64,000 nt of DNA from Rhynchobatus australiae (GCA_034780895.1 JAUZTB010000063.1:28392326-28456325), one strand, 5' to 3'; counted from the stretch's first letter, positions 49,701-63,087 are shown. The notes: generated by a model from the letters alone, not told the origin. Numbers and translations are program-made.

Positions 49701-50544
49701 GTGAAAGTTTCCCAAGTATGCAGTGGATAATTTCAGATGGCTAGATTTGTGATTTTATTATGAAATTTAGGAATGAGAGTAATTCCAATTATAGCATTCA
49801 AATGATGATGGAAATTGAGGTTATCATCTGATCTGGAGCTGTGGTCTAGACTGGCTACAAGATCATATTTGAATTAAGGTAGGCAGCTCAATCGATGTGG
49901 CTCTTCAACCATTTTCCTCTGTGTATACTGTGTAGTAATGTTTTTCAGTTGAGTCAAAGCTTTTTCAGTTGTGTACAGTTTCTAGGTTAGATGTTTAAAA
50001 AAAATTAACTTTTTGCTTTTATGGATTAATTAAATACCATTATTGCTAAGGGACATATCTGCATGTCTCAGTTATGTTCTTGTTTTATTTGTATGTAAAC
50101 TGTTTGTTTGAGGCACCTCTGATACAGAGGTTTCGGCAGAGTTCTTACTGTATGACATAGTGAAGGTTAATGTGAATTGCTCCCCAGCTTGGTGTACTGT
50201 AATCACGAGATGATTATAACTACCAACTCCAAAGCATAATGGTAGAAAAAAGAAGTGTTGTTGATAAATGTACTGGTATCCTCAAAATTTAAATTTGGGG
50301 CAATTGAAGCATAAGAAGTGGAATATTAACCTTCATATCACAAACTGAGAAGCTGCAAGTTTAATCTCCAATTCTACTTTTGAGTCTCATTTGAACATAG
50401 TCAAAGATAGAGAAGCTGATTAGAGAACGTGGCATTTCTCTATGAGGAGAAGAGAAAATTAGACAAGTTATTGAAATTAGGTGATATTTGAAAACTTAGC
50501 AGCAAACTAAAAGTAGCATGTGAGGGATCTTTAAGGACAACTTT

Positions 50545-50910
50545 TAGTTGGTGGGTACTGCTTTATCTTTCGTAGTTGTGGGTCCAAGCCCCAACCCAGA
50601 GACTTCAACTCAAATTTAGGCACTCCTTGAGATATTGTCTGTCCTGCAGGTGGATGTAAAATTGAACTTCAATGTTGAAGAAGAGGACAAGAGTTCTCTT
50701 GGTATCATAAGCAAGATCTACCCCTCAATTAACATTAAATAATACTGGATATCTTATTATTATGTTGTTCCTCTTTGTGAAATCTTGCTGAGCACAAATT
50801 ATCTGCATAATTTCCAATATTGACTTTTCTTATAAAAAATACTAACAGGGTTATGTGTCACTTTGTGATAAACTGAGATTATTAAAGGGACCGTGTAAAT
50901 ATGAACACTT
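50545..50910 (+). mobile_element. Ancient Deu-domain SINE (SacSINE/AmnSINE-like) with an L2-type tail
   Basis: Ordered blocks gttgtgggtccaagcccca..ccagagactt, caggtggatgtaaaa, gaagaagag..gagttctc..ggt, cccctcaa..aacat, and tttgtg..atcttgctg.gcacaaatt match the Deu-SINE layout. Confidence 0.65.
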
Positions 50911-53900
50911 ATTCACTTGTATTTGAAGAATTCATCTCTGATCTGTAGTTGAATAATTTCTTCTCACTCGTCATCTAGGCTGACATCTGAAGCTACTGAT
51001 CATCAAGTGGAAAATTCAGTGTTCTTCCTTGTGTCATACATGTCAATCATCAGTTTTTAAATTGGCCATTCACACTCTGGCTCANNNNNNNNNNCAACTG
51101 ATTCAGATTTTCACTGAGGTTAGAAGTCATCAGTGCAAGCCACGTCAGTTAAACTGAAGCTGATCAAAACAAGTCAACTGAGGAGAAGGAGTGAAGTTTG
51201 TGGGAACCTGTGAGATTGGTTGGAATGCAGAACTGAAAATAAATAAACCAAGCTTCACTTTCATTCATTTCAATGTGAATGCTGATTGGTCTAATGCTAA
51301 CTTAGTTCTTTTTCTCCTCTGTGACAAAGGCAGGTTGAAACAAATGAATTGTAAATTGTAAAGAGCTCAGTGGACACAACCAAAGACATTTTAAGATGAG
51401 TTTGTTTGTGCATGGACGTAAAATAAAATATTGTGTTTGATTTGCTTTTTGGAGTCCAGGGCATCTCAAAGAGCCTTTGCAACCAATACATTTGAAGTGC
51501 AGTTTTTTTTTCGCAAAATAAGGAAATATTTTTATTTCTTTTTGAGGTGCTAACAAATTTGCTGACTTTTATTTCCCTCATACCTTCCCATAAGTCTTTC
51601 CAGGCCATAAGTAGTTGTTGTCTAATAGGAAGATTTTCTGGCAGCAGAATGAATAGGTACATTTTGGAGATAAAAAGATTATATTTCTTGTGTCTGCATT
51701 ATCGTCAAGAAACATTTTTGTTACTGCACTTGTAGGATTGCTATGATTTGGAGATTAAATAAAGGGTGAGAATGGAACTGTGACAAGTTTCACAACTTAT
51801 AAAAGGGAAGATGATTCTTTTATTTGGGACTAAAATATATAACTCTGAGATTTACAAAAGATTGAAGGCCTTATTGTAAGTTGAATATCTTTAAACATGA
51901 AAGCTCTTTTGTAGCATGCTTTGTGGTGGGTGGTGTGTAAAAAAAAGGAATGCTCTTGAGGACAATTGAGAGAAAGCAAGTACAGGTAATAACTGGTAAA
52001 CCTCAGATAGGTGGCATGCAGGTTTACTTAAGAGTATAAAATTCACTTTTTGTCAGTGGCAAGTAGTGTTTGCAGTGTTTTACTGTTAATGTTTTAACAT
52101 CTTTTGTACTATGTCAAAGGTCCAACACGGAGGTAATTCATCATAGGTAGAATGAGTGCTTGACACATTCTTATGTCATTCCTCTCTTTTTTACGGGAAC
52201 CATTAACATGTTTTGAATGAGTTAATAACTATTCAAGTAACCAATAGCAGAAGGCAATGTTAATATATTAAATATCTGAATGCTGTTAAACTAACAGTTA
52301 TTTCTAGCCTTGTGTATTTTAAGGCTTTAAAGAAATATTTGATAATTAACCAGCAGAGAGGAAATGGTACATTAGTACTTGAATATTATTCTTCATTAAA
52401 ACTGGTTTGTTTAACATAATTAAATTTATATATTTACCATGTCCTATTTACTTCTGGCAGTCGAGATCTAGTGCAAGCTCAGATGAAAAAGTGAGTTATG
52501 ATCTTCTAGAGAACAGAAACAGACTCAGGGTTGAGATTGTTGAGTGTTGTTAGCTTTTGTCATTCAGATGTGTACATGGTTTAAAGTTGTGCTGAACTTA
52601 TGACAAATACTTTTATATTTGAAATAACTAAAGTTATCATCTGTAATTCCAGGGATATCTATAATTCCCAAATAAAATTATTTTGAATGAAACACAGAAT
52701 TGGAAAAATTACATAATACAATTTCAAAAATATCTAAAACTGCATCACCCCATTCTCATTGTGAAATAAATGTTGCACCTTCATGGATTACTTATTCTGC
52801 GGAATCTTGTAATTCTGCTATTGCAACACACTGCATTATTTCAACTGTATATTTTATTTCCTTCACAACAAACAGATGGAAGGTTGGATATATCTGCAAT
52901 TTAAATTACAGCTCTGTCCCATACACCTTGGTCCAGCATTTTTTTTCATATGTTGCAAGGCTTACTGGCAGCAGGGCTGTAATTTTTTTTTGCATGGGTA
53001 TATATGAAATATTTCAATCGGTCTGTAATCCTCTCTGATCTTAAATGTTATTGCCAACATTTCTTCAATTCATATTGTTCAACATATGGATATGGTTTGC
53101 AACATGCACACGAATCAAAGCATCATACAATGCTTGTAAACTGAAGATAAGTTAAGGAAAAATATTTGTACAATAATAATAATTATTGAAGAGTAGTTAT
53201 TCAGGAGGAAATTAAGAAAAAGAACCAGAAATTAAATTTTGCTGACTGCCAATATATCTCAAAAAATAAATGATTCTGATTTACAATTGCTTGAAGAAAT
53301 CACATGAGNNNNNNNNNNNNNNNNNNNNNNNNNNNNNNNNNNNNNNNNNNNNNNNNNNNNNNNNNNNNNNNNNATGTCTTACTAACTTGATTGAGTTTTT
53401 TGAGGATGTGATGAAGTGATTGATGACAGCAAACCTAATGCAGCAATGAGAGAACTAAAATGAGGAACTCTGCAAAAGATGTCATTCCTATTCTGGGTAG
53501 TCAGAAGCCAAGACTCACAATTAGGCATTGACAAAACAGCAATATATGTCATTTTCAATTTAGCGGAAATGCATTTAATGATTTTTGCTGAGGTAACCAG
53601 ATCTGGAAACTCCTGATTTGATCATCTGTATAGAGGAAAGCTATTGTAGCCATCAGCTTCTCTATACAGACTCCCTCCATGTTCAAGAGGGTAATTGAAC
53701 AGGGTGTTAGTCTACCCTATCCAACAGTCTTCACATAGTAACAATTGTGCTACTAACTCAAATTTTTGATCGAACATTNNNNNNNNNNAGATGAAATCAC
53801 GGGCAAGCTCTGCAATCAAATCAGATAAAATGATTTTCTCAATATGACACTCTGCTTATATATTAAGGTAAATCAATCTGCAAGCCATATAAAGGGACAG

Positions 53901-54431
53901 ATTTTGCAGTCAGCAGCGAGGACTGTAAGCTAACTACTGAGCTCAGAAAAAGAATCTGAATTTACCCTTTGTCATTCTTCCAGGAGCTCATAAGAAAATT
54001 GTTGGGAGGTTTTCATTGNNNNNNNNNNNNNNNNNNNNNNNNNNNNNNNNNNNNNNNNNNNNNNNNNNNNNNNNNNNNNNNNNNNNNNNNNNNNNNNNNN
54101 NNNNNNNNNNNNNNNNNNNNNNNNNNNNNNNNNNNNNNNNNNNNNNNNNNNNNNNNNNNNNNNNNNNNNNNNNNNNNNNNNNNNNNNNNNNNNNNNNNNN
54201 NNNNNNNNNNNNNNNNNNNNNNNNNNNNNNNNNNNNNNNNNNNNNNNNNNNNNNNNNNNNNNNNNNNNNNNNNNNNNNNNNNNNNNNNNNNNNNNNNNNN
54301 NNNNNNNNNNNNNGATATGGAAGAGTATGTTTGAGCTCTCATCAAATTAAAAGGTATTTTTTGAATTACCAAGCTCTGATCTGAAGTTCTTAGAGCAGTT
54401 CCCCTTCATTTAAATTATGGGGGCAAGATCC

Positions 54432-55605
54432 CTGTGTCTCCGTGGCTGCCATATGAATTTTTATGGAAAATGCAAGATGTTGATGTAGGGCTTTTACCCC
54501 AATTTCCTGCTCCGAGGCTGTTGTCCATGAATACAGCCTGTTGCCCAATATTAAATCACTGACAAAATCTTAGGATCTCTACATTTGTAAATGCTAGCTT
54601 AGGGATAGTCAGGTTGTTGTCTCCCCTCTTTCCCCCCCACCCCACCTCCCAAACTCCCATGATCCCCGGCAGGCTAATACTTAGACCTACTCTTCTGCAT
54701 TTAGATCTAGCCCTTGGACTCAATTACTTCCTTATATGCACTTTGCAAAGAGAGTGTAGGAGGTCTGTTCACTGGTGCACAATGTTCTGGGCATCATGCA
54801 GTATTGACGATCCCAGCAGTGGATGCTCAAAATATTCATTGACTGGCTGTGAACCAAGCAATTAATCCACCTTCATGGATGCTGATTAATTACGAAGCAT
54901 TTATTTTTTCATTCTATTTGCCAATAAGAGCATTCGCATTCTGGGCAGTACTTACCAAAAAACATTACAGCCAATGAATTACATTTGAAATACATCCATT
55001 GTTGGTTCTCCAGGCAATTGGGATGTTCAATTCATGCACAGCAAAGTCTCAGAAACAAGGAAAGGATAAATGGCTGGTTAACCTCTTTTTAACAGCATTA
55101 ATGAAGAATAATTACCAGGGCATTGTTCGACTTCCCAACTTTTATTTGATAAGTGCCAAGATTTCTTTTATAATCAACTGAGTAGAGGGAAGTGGTGAAG
55201 GTTCAACCCGAAATTTCACCTGGGAAGTGCAAAAGCCCAGCATGCTGCTGATGTGGACTGACCATCCAGGATTCCTTCATATATTATGAGGTCTGTGTGT
55301 ACTGTCAATTATCAAAGTAACTGCACTCGACATCCTTAGGAACTTCCCTGATATTTCTTTCTTCATAAAGAACATAGATATTTTTGACATTCTATTTGGT
55401 ATATTTTCCTGTGTAAAATTCAACCTGACTATCCCTAAGCTAGCATTTACAAATGTAGAGATCCTAAGATTTTGTCAGTGATTTAATATTGGGCAGCAGG
55501 CTGTATTCATGGACAACAGCCTCGGAGCAGGAAATTGGGGTGAAAGCCCTACATCAACATCTTGCATTTTCCATAAAAATTCATATGGCAGCCGAGGAGA
55601 CACAG
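54432..55605. repeat. Long inverted repeat: 185-bp arms (54432-54616 and 55421-55605) around an 804-bp spacer
   Basis: Direct comparison with the reverse complement gives 4 mismatches by my count and no indels. Confidence 0.92.
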
Positions 55606-56329
55606 TGCTGTTTTTGTAAAGCTGGAATGTGCAGTTTCTGCTGTAACCTGATGGTTTCATTTTGCTGCCTCTCCCTTCCTGGCTCCAACTTTGCTTTCTC
55701 TTTCCTTCTGCTCTCAGTCTGCTCAACTGTCCTGTTCTCCTCTGCCTCTGATCTCCTGCTGCCCTGTCTCTTTCCCTCCCCCTTGACGGTGTTGCTTGGA
55801 ACATATAAGCAGGTTTTCCAGGAGAAATGATGGAATGAGGTGGGTGGCGAATGTGGCTGGAGAGGACTGAGGTTGGCTGATGGAAACGAGCAATCATGTT
55901 CTTCTAACCTGAGCGCTGCAGTTTCTATAATTCCCACAGGTATGATTGGATACAGAAAACAAGCAAAAATCCATCCAAATAGCAATTATAAAAAAGAAAA
56001 ATCAGAAATACTGAGAAAAGGAAGAAATATATGCATTTTTAAGCCATGACATTCCAGTCAACATAGGCTTAATACAGCTTTAACATTTTTACACCAGGCA
56101 AAAACTGCACAGGGTACTTAAATTGTAACTCAGCTTATATTCTTTTATTTATACAATCCTTAATTCTATTAGCCTTTTTAATGATGTTTTGTCCTTGCAG
56201 TCATTTCTCATGGAATTAGGTATTTGAACAATAACTTGTGCTGATCTCAACTGCCCTTCATGATCTTTCCATTCACTGTTATTTTTTTCCCCAAAATCCA
56301 TTACCTCTCACTTGTCAGGTATCCAGTGT

Positions 56330-56780
56330 GATTAGCAGTTTCTTAGTTTAAGGTGGAGTGAATCAGGTTGTCCGGTTCTCAAGGGGAGACTGCGATGGAT
56401 CCTCCTTTTGGTGCATCTGGTTGATGGCATACCTTTTGCACTCGTGTTGTGAGATTTGCCATTATTGAGGATGGGAATGCTCGTTCAGCCTCCTCCTCTG
56501 GTTAGCTGTTTAATTTTCAACCACTATTCATTATTGGATGTAATCAGATTGTCGAACTCTGGTCTGATTCTTTGCATGGAGGAATCATTTATCACTTTCT
56601 ACAGTTTATTGGATCTGCTATTTACCATGCATGTGCACCTATATTGCAGATTGATCAGGTTGATGGATTTTCAGTTAGATCTGGTGCTGTTCCTGGATTC
56701 CACATTGAAACAGAATTAGTCCCCTGATAGTAATAACAGTAGGTTGAGTAATATGCAGTGCCATGTTCTTACCAATGATT
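56330..56780 (-). mobile_element. Decayed Crack/Daphne-like LINE linker fragment
   Basis: Collinear with ~540-900 (ttgccattattgaggatggg..cctcctcctctggttagctgtttaatt..ccactattca). Confidence 0.55.
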
Positions 56781-56814
56781 ATATAATAATCTGGTGCTTT
56801 ATTTCTTGTAATTA

Positions 56815-56930
56815 CAGATTTGTTTAACTGTATCTAAGTTCCCCAGCTGCCCTGATGGGGTTCGAATTTGTGACTCTGGATCAGCAGTCAGGTCCCTCGA
56901 TAAACTTAACGGTTATACTGTAGTACCTAC
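56815..56930 (-). mobile_element. Decayed tRNA-SINE head
   Basis: Antisense block aagttccccagctgcc..ggggttcgaa.t.gtg.ctctggatca with a B-box-like motif. Confidence 0.35.
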
Positions 56931-57639
56931 AATTGTTTCTCCTAAATCTGTTTGGAAATCATTGGGAAGTGAATGAACAATACGTTGCTTGGCCACCTGG
57001 CACTGGAGGCTCTTCCTGGATCAAAGAATCTTACAGCACAGCAGGCCATTCATCCCATTAAATGCATACTTGCTCTTTGAAAGAGCTACCCACNNNNNNN
57101 NNNNNNNNNNNNNNNNNNNNNNNNNNNNNNNNNNNNNNNNNNNNNNNNNNNNNNNNNNNNNNNNNNNNNNNNNNNNNNNNNNNNNNNNNNNNNATTATTC
57201 TCGCAGTGTAGTCTCTGGACATATTCTCGCAGTGTAATCATTGTGCTGTTGGACCCAATAACCTCTTTTACTTTGGGGAAAACTGAATTACCTGAGTGCT
57301 TTAGTTATTGTCCAAGAGCTGTCTGTGCAGTTTCACTTCCTTTGAAATCATATTGAAATTTTTTTTAACATTGCTTTGTGAATCATCTTGTTTTCCTGTT
57401 GTGAAAATCCATTATGCTCCATCATCTGTATTGCATTAACTGCCCAAACTATGGAAAAAAAAAGGGGTAGATTGTACATGTCAGGTGGTAATTTGGTAGA
57501 ATTTTGGAGCTTCAATTCTAAGAACATTTCGTGCAACCTCAACATTGCTCATTAGAAGGGAAATGTGAACTGTTTTAAAAGTCTTTGGAGATCTAAGTCA
57601 AGGCCAGTTTTGAATCCCATGGTTGATTCCAATATTGAA

Positions 57640-57950
57640 TTGGAATCAGATTAATTATCAGTCATATGATGTGAAATTTGCAGTACAGTGCAAAGACACA
57701 AAGATCTATAAATTACAAAAATAAATAGTTATTGCAAGGGGAAAAAAGAATACTGAGGTAGTGTTCATAGGTTCATGGATTGTTCAGAAATCTGATGGAT
57801 GCCGCCTTCTCGAGGCACCGCCTCTTGAAGATGTCCTCGATGATGGGGAGGGTTGTGCCTGTGATGGAGCTGGCTGAGTTTGTAACCCTCTTGCGATCCT
57901 GTGCTTTGGAGGATCCATACTCGGCTGCATGCACCAACCAATGATGCTCT
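57640..57950 (-). mobile_element. Rex/Babar LINE 3' fragment with an internal deletion
   Basis: Collinear with 44519-44900 (ttcagaaatctgatgg|atgccgccttctcgaggcaccgcctcttgaagatgtcctcgatg). Confidence 0.75.
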
Positions 57951-59074
57951 GTGTTGCTTGACCCTGCCAGTCAGGCTGAGGAAACATTTAGATTAGGAAC
58001 ACTCTATCCCCATTATTAACACCTCCGGTGCAAGATGTCTTGTTAATGGCAGGGGGAGTTATTGCTCCAAACCAAGCTGCACGGAAAATGAGGAAGGAAG
58101 CTTAAAATTGGTGAAATTCTTGTCTTTTTTTTCCCCCTGTATTCCCATGCACAATGTGTGTTGAAAGTACTGAAAATGCGATACTTCTGCAAGTTTTAAC
58201 TATTAACAGAGTGGAGATTTCAAACTTATAAATGTATTGTAGATTTTTAATTTGCATTTGTTTGTACTACTTACATTTGTGGACAAAGTTCCTTTGTCAT
58301 ACCAATCAAATCATGATATAAATTGCAATAGACTAATTATATAAAATATGATGCACCTCAGGTGAACGATGGATTCATTTTCTTGGAGACTGTTAAATGA
58401 TTACAATTTCATGCATATGTATCGTTTCCTGAAAATACTCATTTTACAGATGGGTAGGTGGAAATTAATCAAATTACTTAGTCAATGGAAACAAAACAAA
58501 TTTGATTTAAGCATCTGAGCATCTGTAACATCTGACTTTGAGATTCTATTTATTCCAGACAATAGTGACAGACAGGCTTCAAGTCATGAATGGTAATAGA
58601 GCCAAGCTGCTTATCACAGTGGTTCAGCTCCAGCATGATCACCAGTTTTTTTTTCTGGAAAAAGTAGAAATAGTTTTGAAAAAAATTATCAGATCTAACG
58701 TGGCCAATAAAAGTTGAGAAAATGTGGATCAATGTACTTCAGGTTTGAAAGAAAGACAAATGTGGCTCGAGATGGCTTTGTGCAAATCACGCATGTGGAT
58801 TTGGATTACTTTTATTTTACTCCATTAAATCCTTTATAATTTTACAGCTTTACCAGTTAGAGATAAGTTAGGTTTTTGAGTTATGACAAATGGAGGGGAC
58901 TGAAACTATTTAGAGAAAAATAGTTTTAAATTATCAAGTTGCTCCTTGAATAAAATAATAAATAACTATAATGCCTTGCTTTTTTTGGTTGCTATTCAAA
59001 ATCAAATAAAGTCTTCTGCTCAATGATTAACTGATGAAGTAGTCATTTCAGGTTTGGCATTGTTTTGAAGTACT

Positions 59075-59140
59075 GAACCATAGAACCACAGAACAATACA
59101 GTACCGTACAGGCCCTTCGGCCCACCGTGTTGTGCCGCCC
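59075..59140 (-). mobile_element. CR1/HER1 extreme 3' tail
   Basis: aaccatagaaccacagaacaatacagtaccgtacaggcccttcggcccacc. Confidence 0.7.
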
Positions 59141-59199
59141 TTCCAAAAACATTCTTTCTTTTTAAAATAGCTGCTTCCTGAACATCGTGAACATTGGTT

Positions 59200-59400
59200 A
59201 AAATTATAAAATGCTGGAAAAACTCGGCAAATCAAGTTGCATCTGTGGAAAGAGAAGCAGTTAATGCTTTGAGTCTGTGACCCTTTGTCAACACTGGGAA
59301 AGAGATGAAAGTTCATCTTATGGAAAGATAAGGGAGGGATATGTTGAACAAAGGGAGTGTCCAATAGGATGAGTTGAAATTGCTTAATGGAGACAGTTAC
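59200..59400 (-). mobile_element. Penelope pseudo-LTR/3' region fragment
   Basis: aaaatgctggaaaaactcggca..gcatctgtggaaagagaagcagttaatg..gaccctttgtca, followed by purine-rich sequence as at 2010-2200. Confidence 0.6.
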
Positions 59401-59519
59401 CAGCACATTTGGGTTTTAGATCTGTGTAATGAGTTGTTTTTGTTAGCCAGACTATTTGCTGACAACTCCTGATCATTTAATTGTGTGTATCTGTGTGTGT
59501 GGTGTCACAATTCAACAAC

Positions 59520-59698
59520 AGAAGGAAACTCTGTTGGATACAACCTTTGAGTTTCAAGAAGCAAATTTTTTGAGACCCAGAAGACATAAGCCTTTTTTGG
59601 CTGAACTCAGGACGCTGCACAAACATGCAACAAAAAGGAAGAACAAGACACATGTCAAAGAAAGACTGAGTGAGAGATCGATCCTGAGTGAGATTGTG
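59520..59698 (+). mobile_element. Decayed Ty3/Gypsy gag fragment, cut off by a gap
   Basis: FLAELRTL, then after a frameshift acatgcaac (TCN), and later agagatcga (RDR) plus ILSEI. This matches the gag signature F..ELR.LA..C.....RDRIV.G. Confidence 0.45.
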
Positions 59699-61029
59699 AN
59701 NNNNNNNNNNNNNNNNNNNNNNNNNNNNNNNNNNNNNNNNNNNNNNNNNNNNNNNNNNNNNNNNNNNNNNNNNNNNNNNNNNNNNNNNNNNNNNNNNNNN
59801 NNNNNNNNNNNNNNNNNNNNNNNNNNNNNNNNNNNNNNNNNNNNNNNNNNNNNNNNNNNNNNNNNNNNNNNNNNNNNNNNNNNNNNNNNNNNNNNNNNNN
59901 NNNNNNNNNNNNNNNNNNNNNNNNNNNNNNNNNNNNNNNNNNNNNNNNNNNNNNNNNNNNNNNNNNNNNNNNNNNNNNNNNNNNNNNNNNNNNNNNNNNN
60001 NNNNNNNNNNNNNNNNNNNNNNNNNNNNNNNNNNNNNNNNNNNNNNNNNNNNNNNNNNNNNNNNNNNNNNNNNNNNNNNNNNNNNNNNNNNNNNNNNNNN
60101 NNNNNNNNNNNNNNNNNNNNNNNNNNNNNNNNNNNNNNNNNNNNNNNNNNNNNNNNNNNNNNNNNNNNNNNNNNNNNNNNNNNNNNNNNNNNNNNNNNNN
60201 NNNNNNNNNNNNNNNNNNNNNNNNNNNNNNNNNNNNNNNNNNNNNNNNNNNNNNNNNNNNNNNNNNNNNNNNNNNNNNNNNNNNNNNNNNNNNNNNNNNN
60301 NNNNNNNNNNNNNNNNNNNNNNNNNNNNNNNNNNNNNNNNNNNNNNNNNNNNNNNNNNNNNNNNNNNNNNNNNNNNNNNNNNNNNNNNNNNNNNNNNNNN
60401 NNNNNNNNNNNNNNNNNNNNNNNNNNNNNNNNNNNNNNNNNNNNNNNNNNNNNNNNNNNNNNNNNNNNNNNNNNNNNNNNNNNNNNNNNNNNNNNNNNNN
60501 NNNNNNNNNNNNNNNNNNNNNNNNNNNNNNNNNNNNNNNNNNNNNNNNNNNNNNNNNNNNNNNNNNNNNNNNNNNNCCTGTCATTCAGGTGAGAAAGCAA
60601 AAAGTAGATAATAAGTGCTGTAAATATTCGGGTTAGGCAGCATCACCAGAGGTACTGAAAAAGATCACGTTGGAACGTTGACCTTTCATTAGAATGGATA
60701 ACCCCAAATGAACAAAATCTTAAGTGTTGAGTTGAGTTTGGCCGGTTACGATGCTGTATTATACGAGATTTGGTAACATGATTTGTTCGATTAAGATGCA
60801 AGACAATTATGAATTCTTGCATGTGAGAGCAATGCGAATGATCCAGCATGCAGGCTAAATGAACAGGTCAGAATTTCCAGTTTAACTGCATAGTAACAAC
60901 GTGGTAATTGATCTTTATCTGTTTACATGGTTCTGTGGGGCATGGATGTTGCCTCTGACCCGATTCAGCAGATAGCATGGAAGAATGAGCGCCTGTCTTT
61001 TAGACATGAAGTAATGTTGGTCAAGCACC

Positions 61030-61345
61030 AAATCAAACAACCCCTTTATATTCATTTATGGAATGTAGGTATTGTTGACAAGGGCAACGATTATTACTAT
61101 CTAAAATTGTCCATGAAAAGTTGGTGGTGAGTCACCTTATTTAACTGCTGCAGTCAGATTGTTGTTGGGTAGCAATCTCCAAGATTCAGAGCAAGTGATT
61201 ATGAAGAATGGCAATAATTTCTAAGTTGAGATGGAATTTGACCTTTGAGAGAAAAATTTGCAGGCGGTGGGTCCATTTTCTACTGCTGTTGTCCTCCAAG
61301 ATGATTGAGGTAACAGCATTTGGGAGGTGGTGTCAACGAAACTGT
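61030..61345 (-). mobile_element. Decayed Crack/Daphne-like LINE 3' end
   Basis: Antisense tail tattcatttatggaatgtagg..ttgacaagggcaac..gaaaagttggtggtgagtcacctt, collinear with 26640-26950. Confidence 0.55.
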
Positions 61346-61384
61346 TAAAATTCTGTTTTAGAGTCAAGGGATTTTTTTATTGCT

Positions 61385-61725
61385 ATTGGTTTATTATCGT
61401 CACTTGTACCGAGGTACAGTGAAAAGCTTGTTTTACAAACCAATCGTACAGGTCAATTCTTTACACAGTGCAGTTACATTGAGTCAGTACAGAGTGCATT
61501 GAGGTAGTACAGGTAAAAACAANNNNNNNNNNNNNNNNNNNNNNNNNNNNNNNNNNNNNNNNNNNNNNNNNNNNNNNNNNNNNNNNNNNNNNNNNNNNNN
61601 NNNNNNNNNNNNNNNNNNNNNNATGTGTCTTTACTGTCCAGATGCTCCAGAGCTGAGTGTAGGGCCAGGGAGATGGCATCCGCTGTAGACCTGTTTCGCT
61701 GATAGGTGAATTGCAATGGGTCCAG
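61385..61725 (-). mobile_element. Rex/Babar LINE pieces: 3' tail and RT fragment separated by a gap
   Basis: The minus strand reads [30 protein letters not shown], and the tail is ggtttattatcgtcacttgtaccgaggtacagtgaaaa. Confidence 0.85.
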
Positions 61726-63087
61726 AATTTGCCTTTTTCTGATGCTTGCTGTAATCAGGTGTCAGTTCAAAAGGATCCCTGGCACCCAACAACTATGGTG
61801 TTAAAGAATTCTTGGTTAAAGATCACCAAAAAACAGTTTTTAATTAACCAAATTTTAAACATCTTGGAGGACAAGGGCAGTTGAAACATGGGACCCACCA
61901 CCTGCAAATGAAGCTGAGAAATTATTAATAGGCTTAAAATATGCAGGATCTCCTCATGTTCATGTAAGCAAATTATGCTTTATTATTTTCACACTGGATA
62001 CATTGCTAAGCAAAAATTAAGGCTTTAACACTCCCCTGGATGGATAACACTTTCAGGATTTTTCTAATGGGATTTCTTTGAAAATACCTGAAATTCAAGT
62101 GATTGTGGTTCTTAAACAGTGCCACCTGTGATGATGGGCTGGATCACCCAGAGCAACTTCAGGATTAGCACGTGGGCAACATAAGTGAAAATTGGGGAAG
62201 ATGGTATCACCTCCAATGAGTAATGTCAGTATCAGTGTTGTTTTGCTTTCATTACTACCACAATTTCCTCACAAGATTTACATCCCATTCCATGTTGCTT
62301 TTCTGAACATGGATCATGACAACTGAATTTTCTTCCCCTCTTCAAATTTCTCACCAGCTAGCCGATGTTATCCCTTGCCCTGGCACTGGGTAGCTAACAC
62401 ACCTATTCGGACTCTTGTTGCAGTGGAAGCTATCTAATTCCATTATAGAATTATTGCTATTACAATTTGATTCCACTTGCTCTCCCCATATGTTTGGATT
62501 GCCTTCTGAGTCATGATACCATCATCTGTATCACACCAGTCCTTTCTGGAATCTTTCTCTTTGTCCTCATGGGTAGTGGGGGCACTGTTTCGGACGATCA
62601 TTCTGGAGGATCTTTTTCTTGTCTTTTCTCAGGTGGCCACGACCTGACTCGATGACTCACTTATCCTTGCCTGAGCTACTTCTGTTTTTGATCTGGGGGA
62701 GAAACTGAGTTCTGCAGAAAGTGAGGTGGGAATTCCTTCCCCTCCCTTATCCCACACTCCAGCTCTGGGATGGAGTGACTCAAGCCAAAGGCATTTCCTG
62801 CAGGTTGAGAAATCAGGAAAGCTTCAGTATCCAGGACCTCTATAACCTCCCACATAACATAATCCTGACACATAGCTCGGCTAGTCATTTCAAGGCTTTC
62901 TTCTTGTATTGACAGAAATTTTCCATTCAAAGAAATCCTGATTGTTACTCATCTGATTAACATCCCATTGCTCTCAAAGCTTTCTCCCAGTGCCATTGTG
63001 AAGTCACTCTTCAGATTCTCTTTTTTGTTAGTTTCATTGACTGCTATTTCAACCACTGGTTCTGAAGGCAGTTTGACAATTTCTGTG

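Noticed and set aside
55475-55985. 134-140 aa ORFs overlapping the right arm of the inverted repeat
   Set aside because: They have low-complexity purine-rich composition and no transposase or other recognisable motif.
57196-57236. 15-bp direct repeat tattctcgcagtgta
   Set aside because: It is short and directly adjacent to a gap, so it cannot be distinguished from a collapsed tandem repeat or an assembly error.
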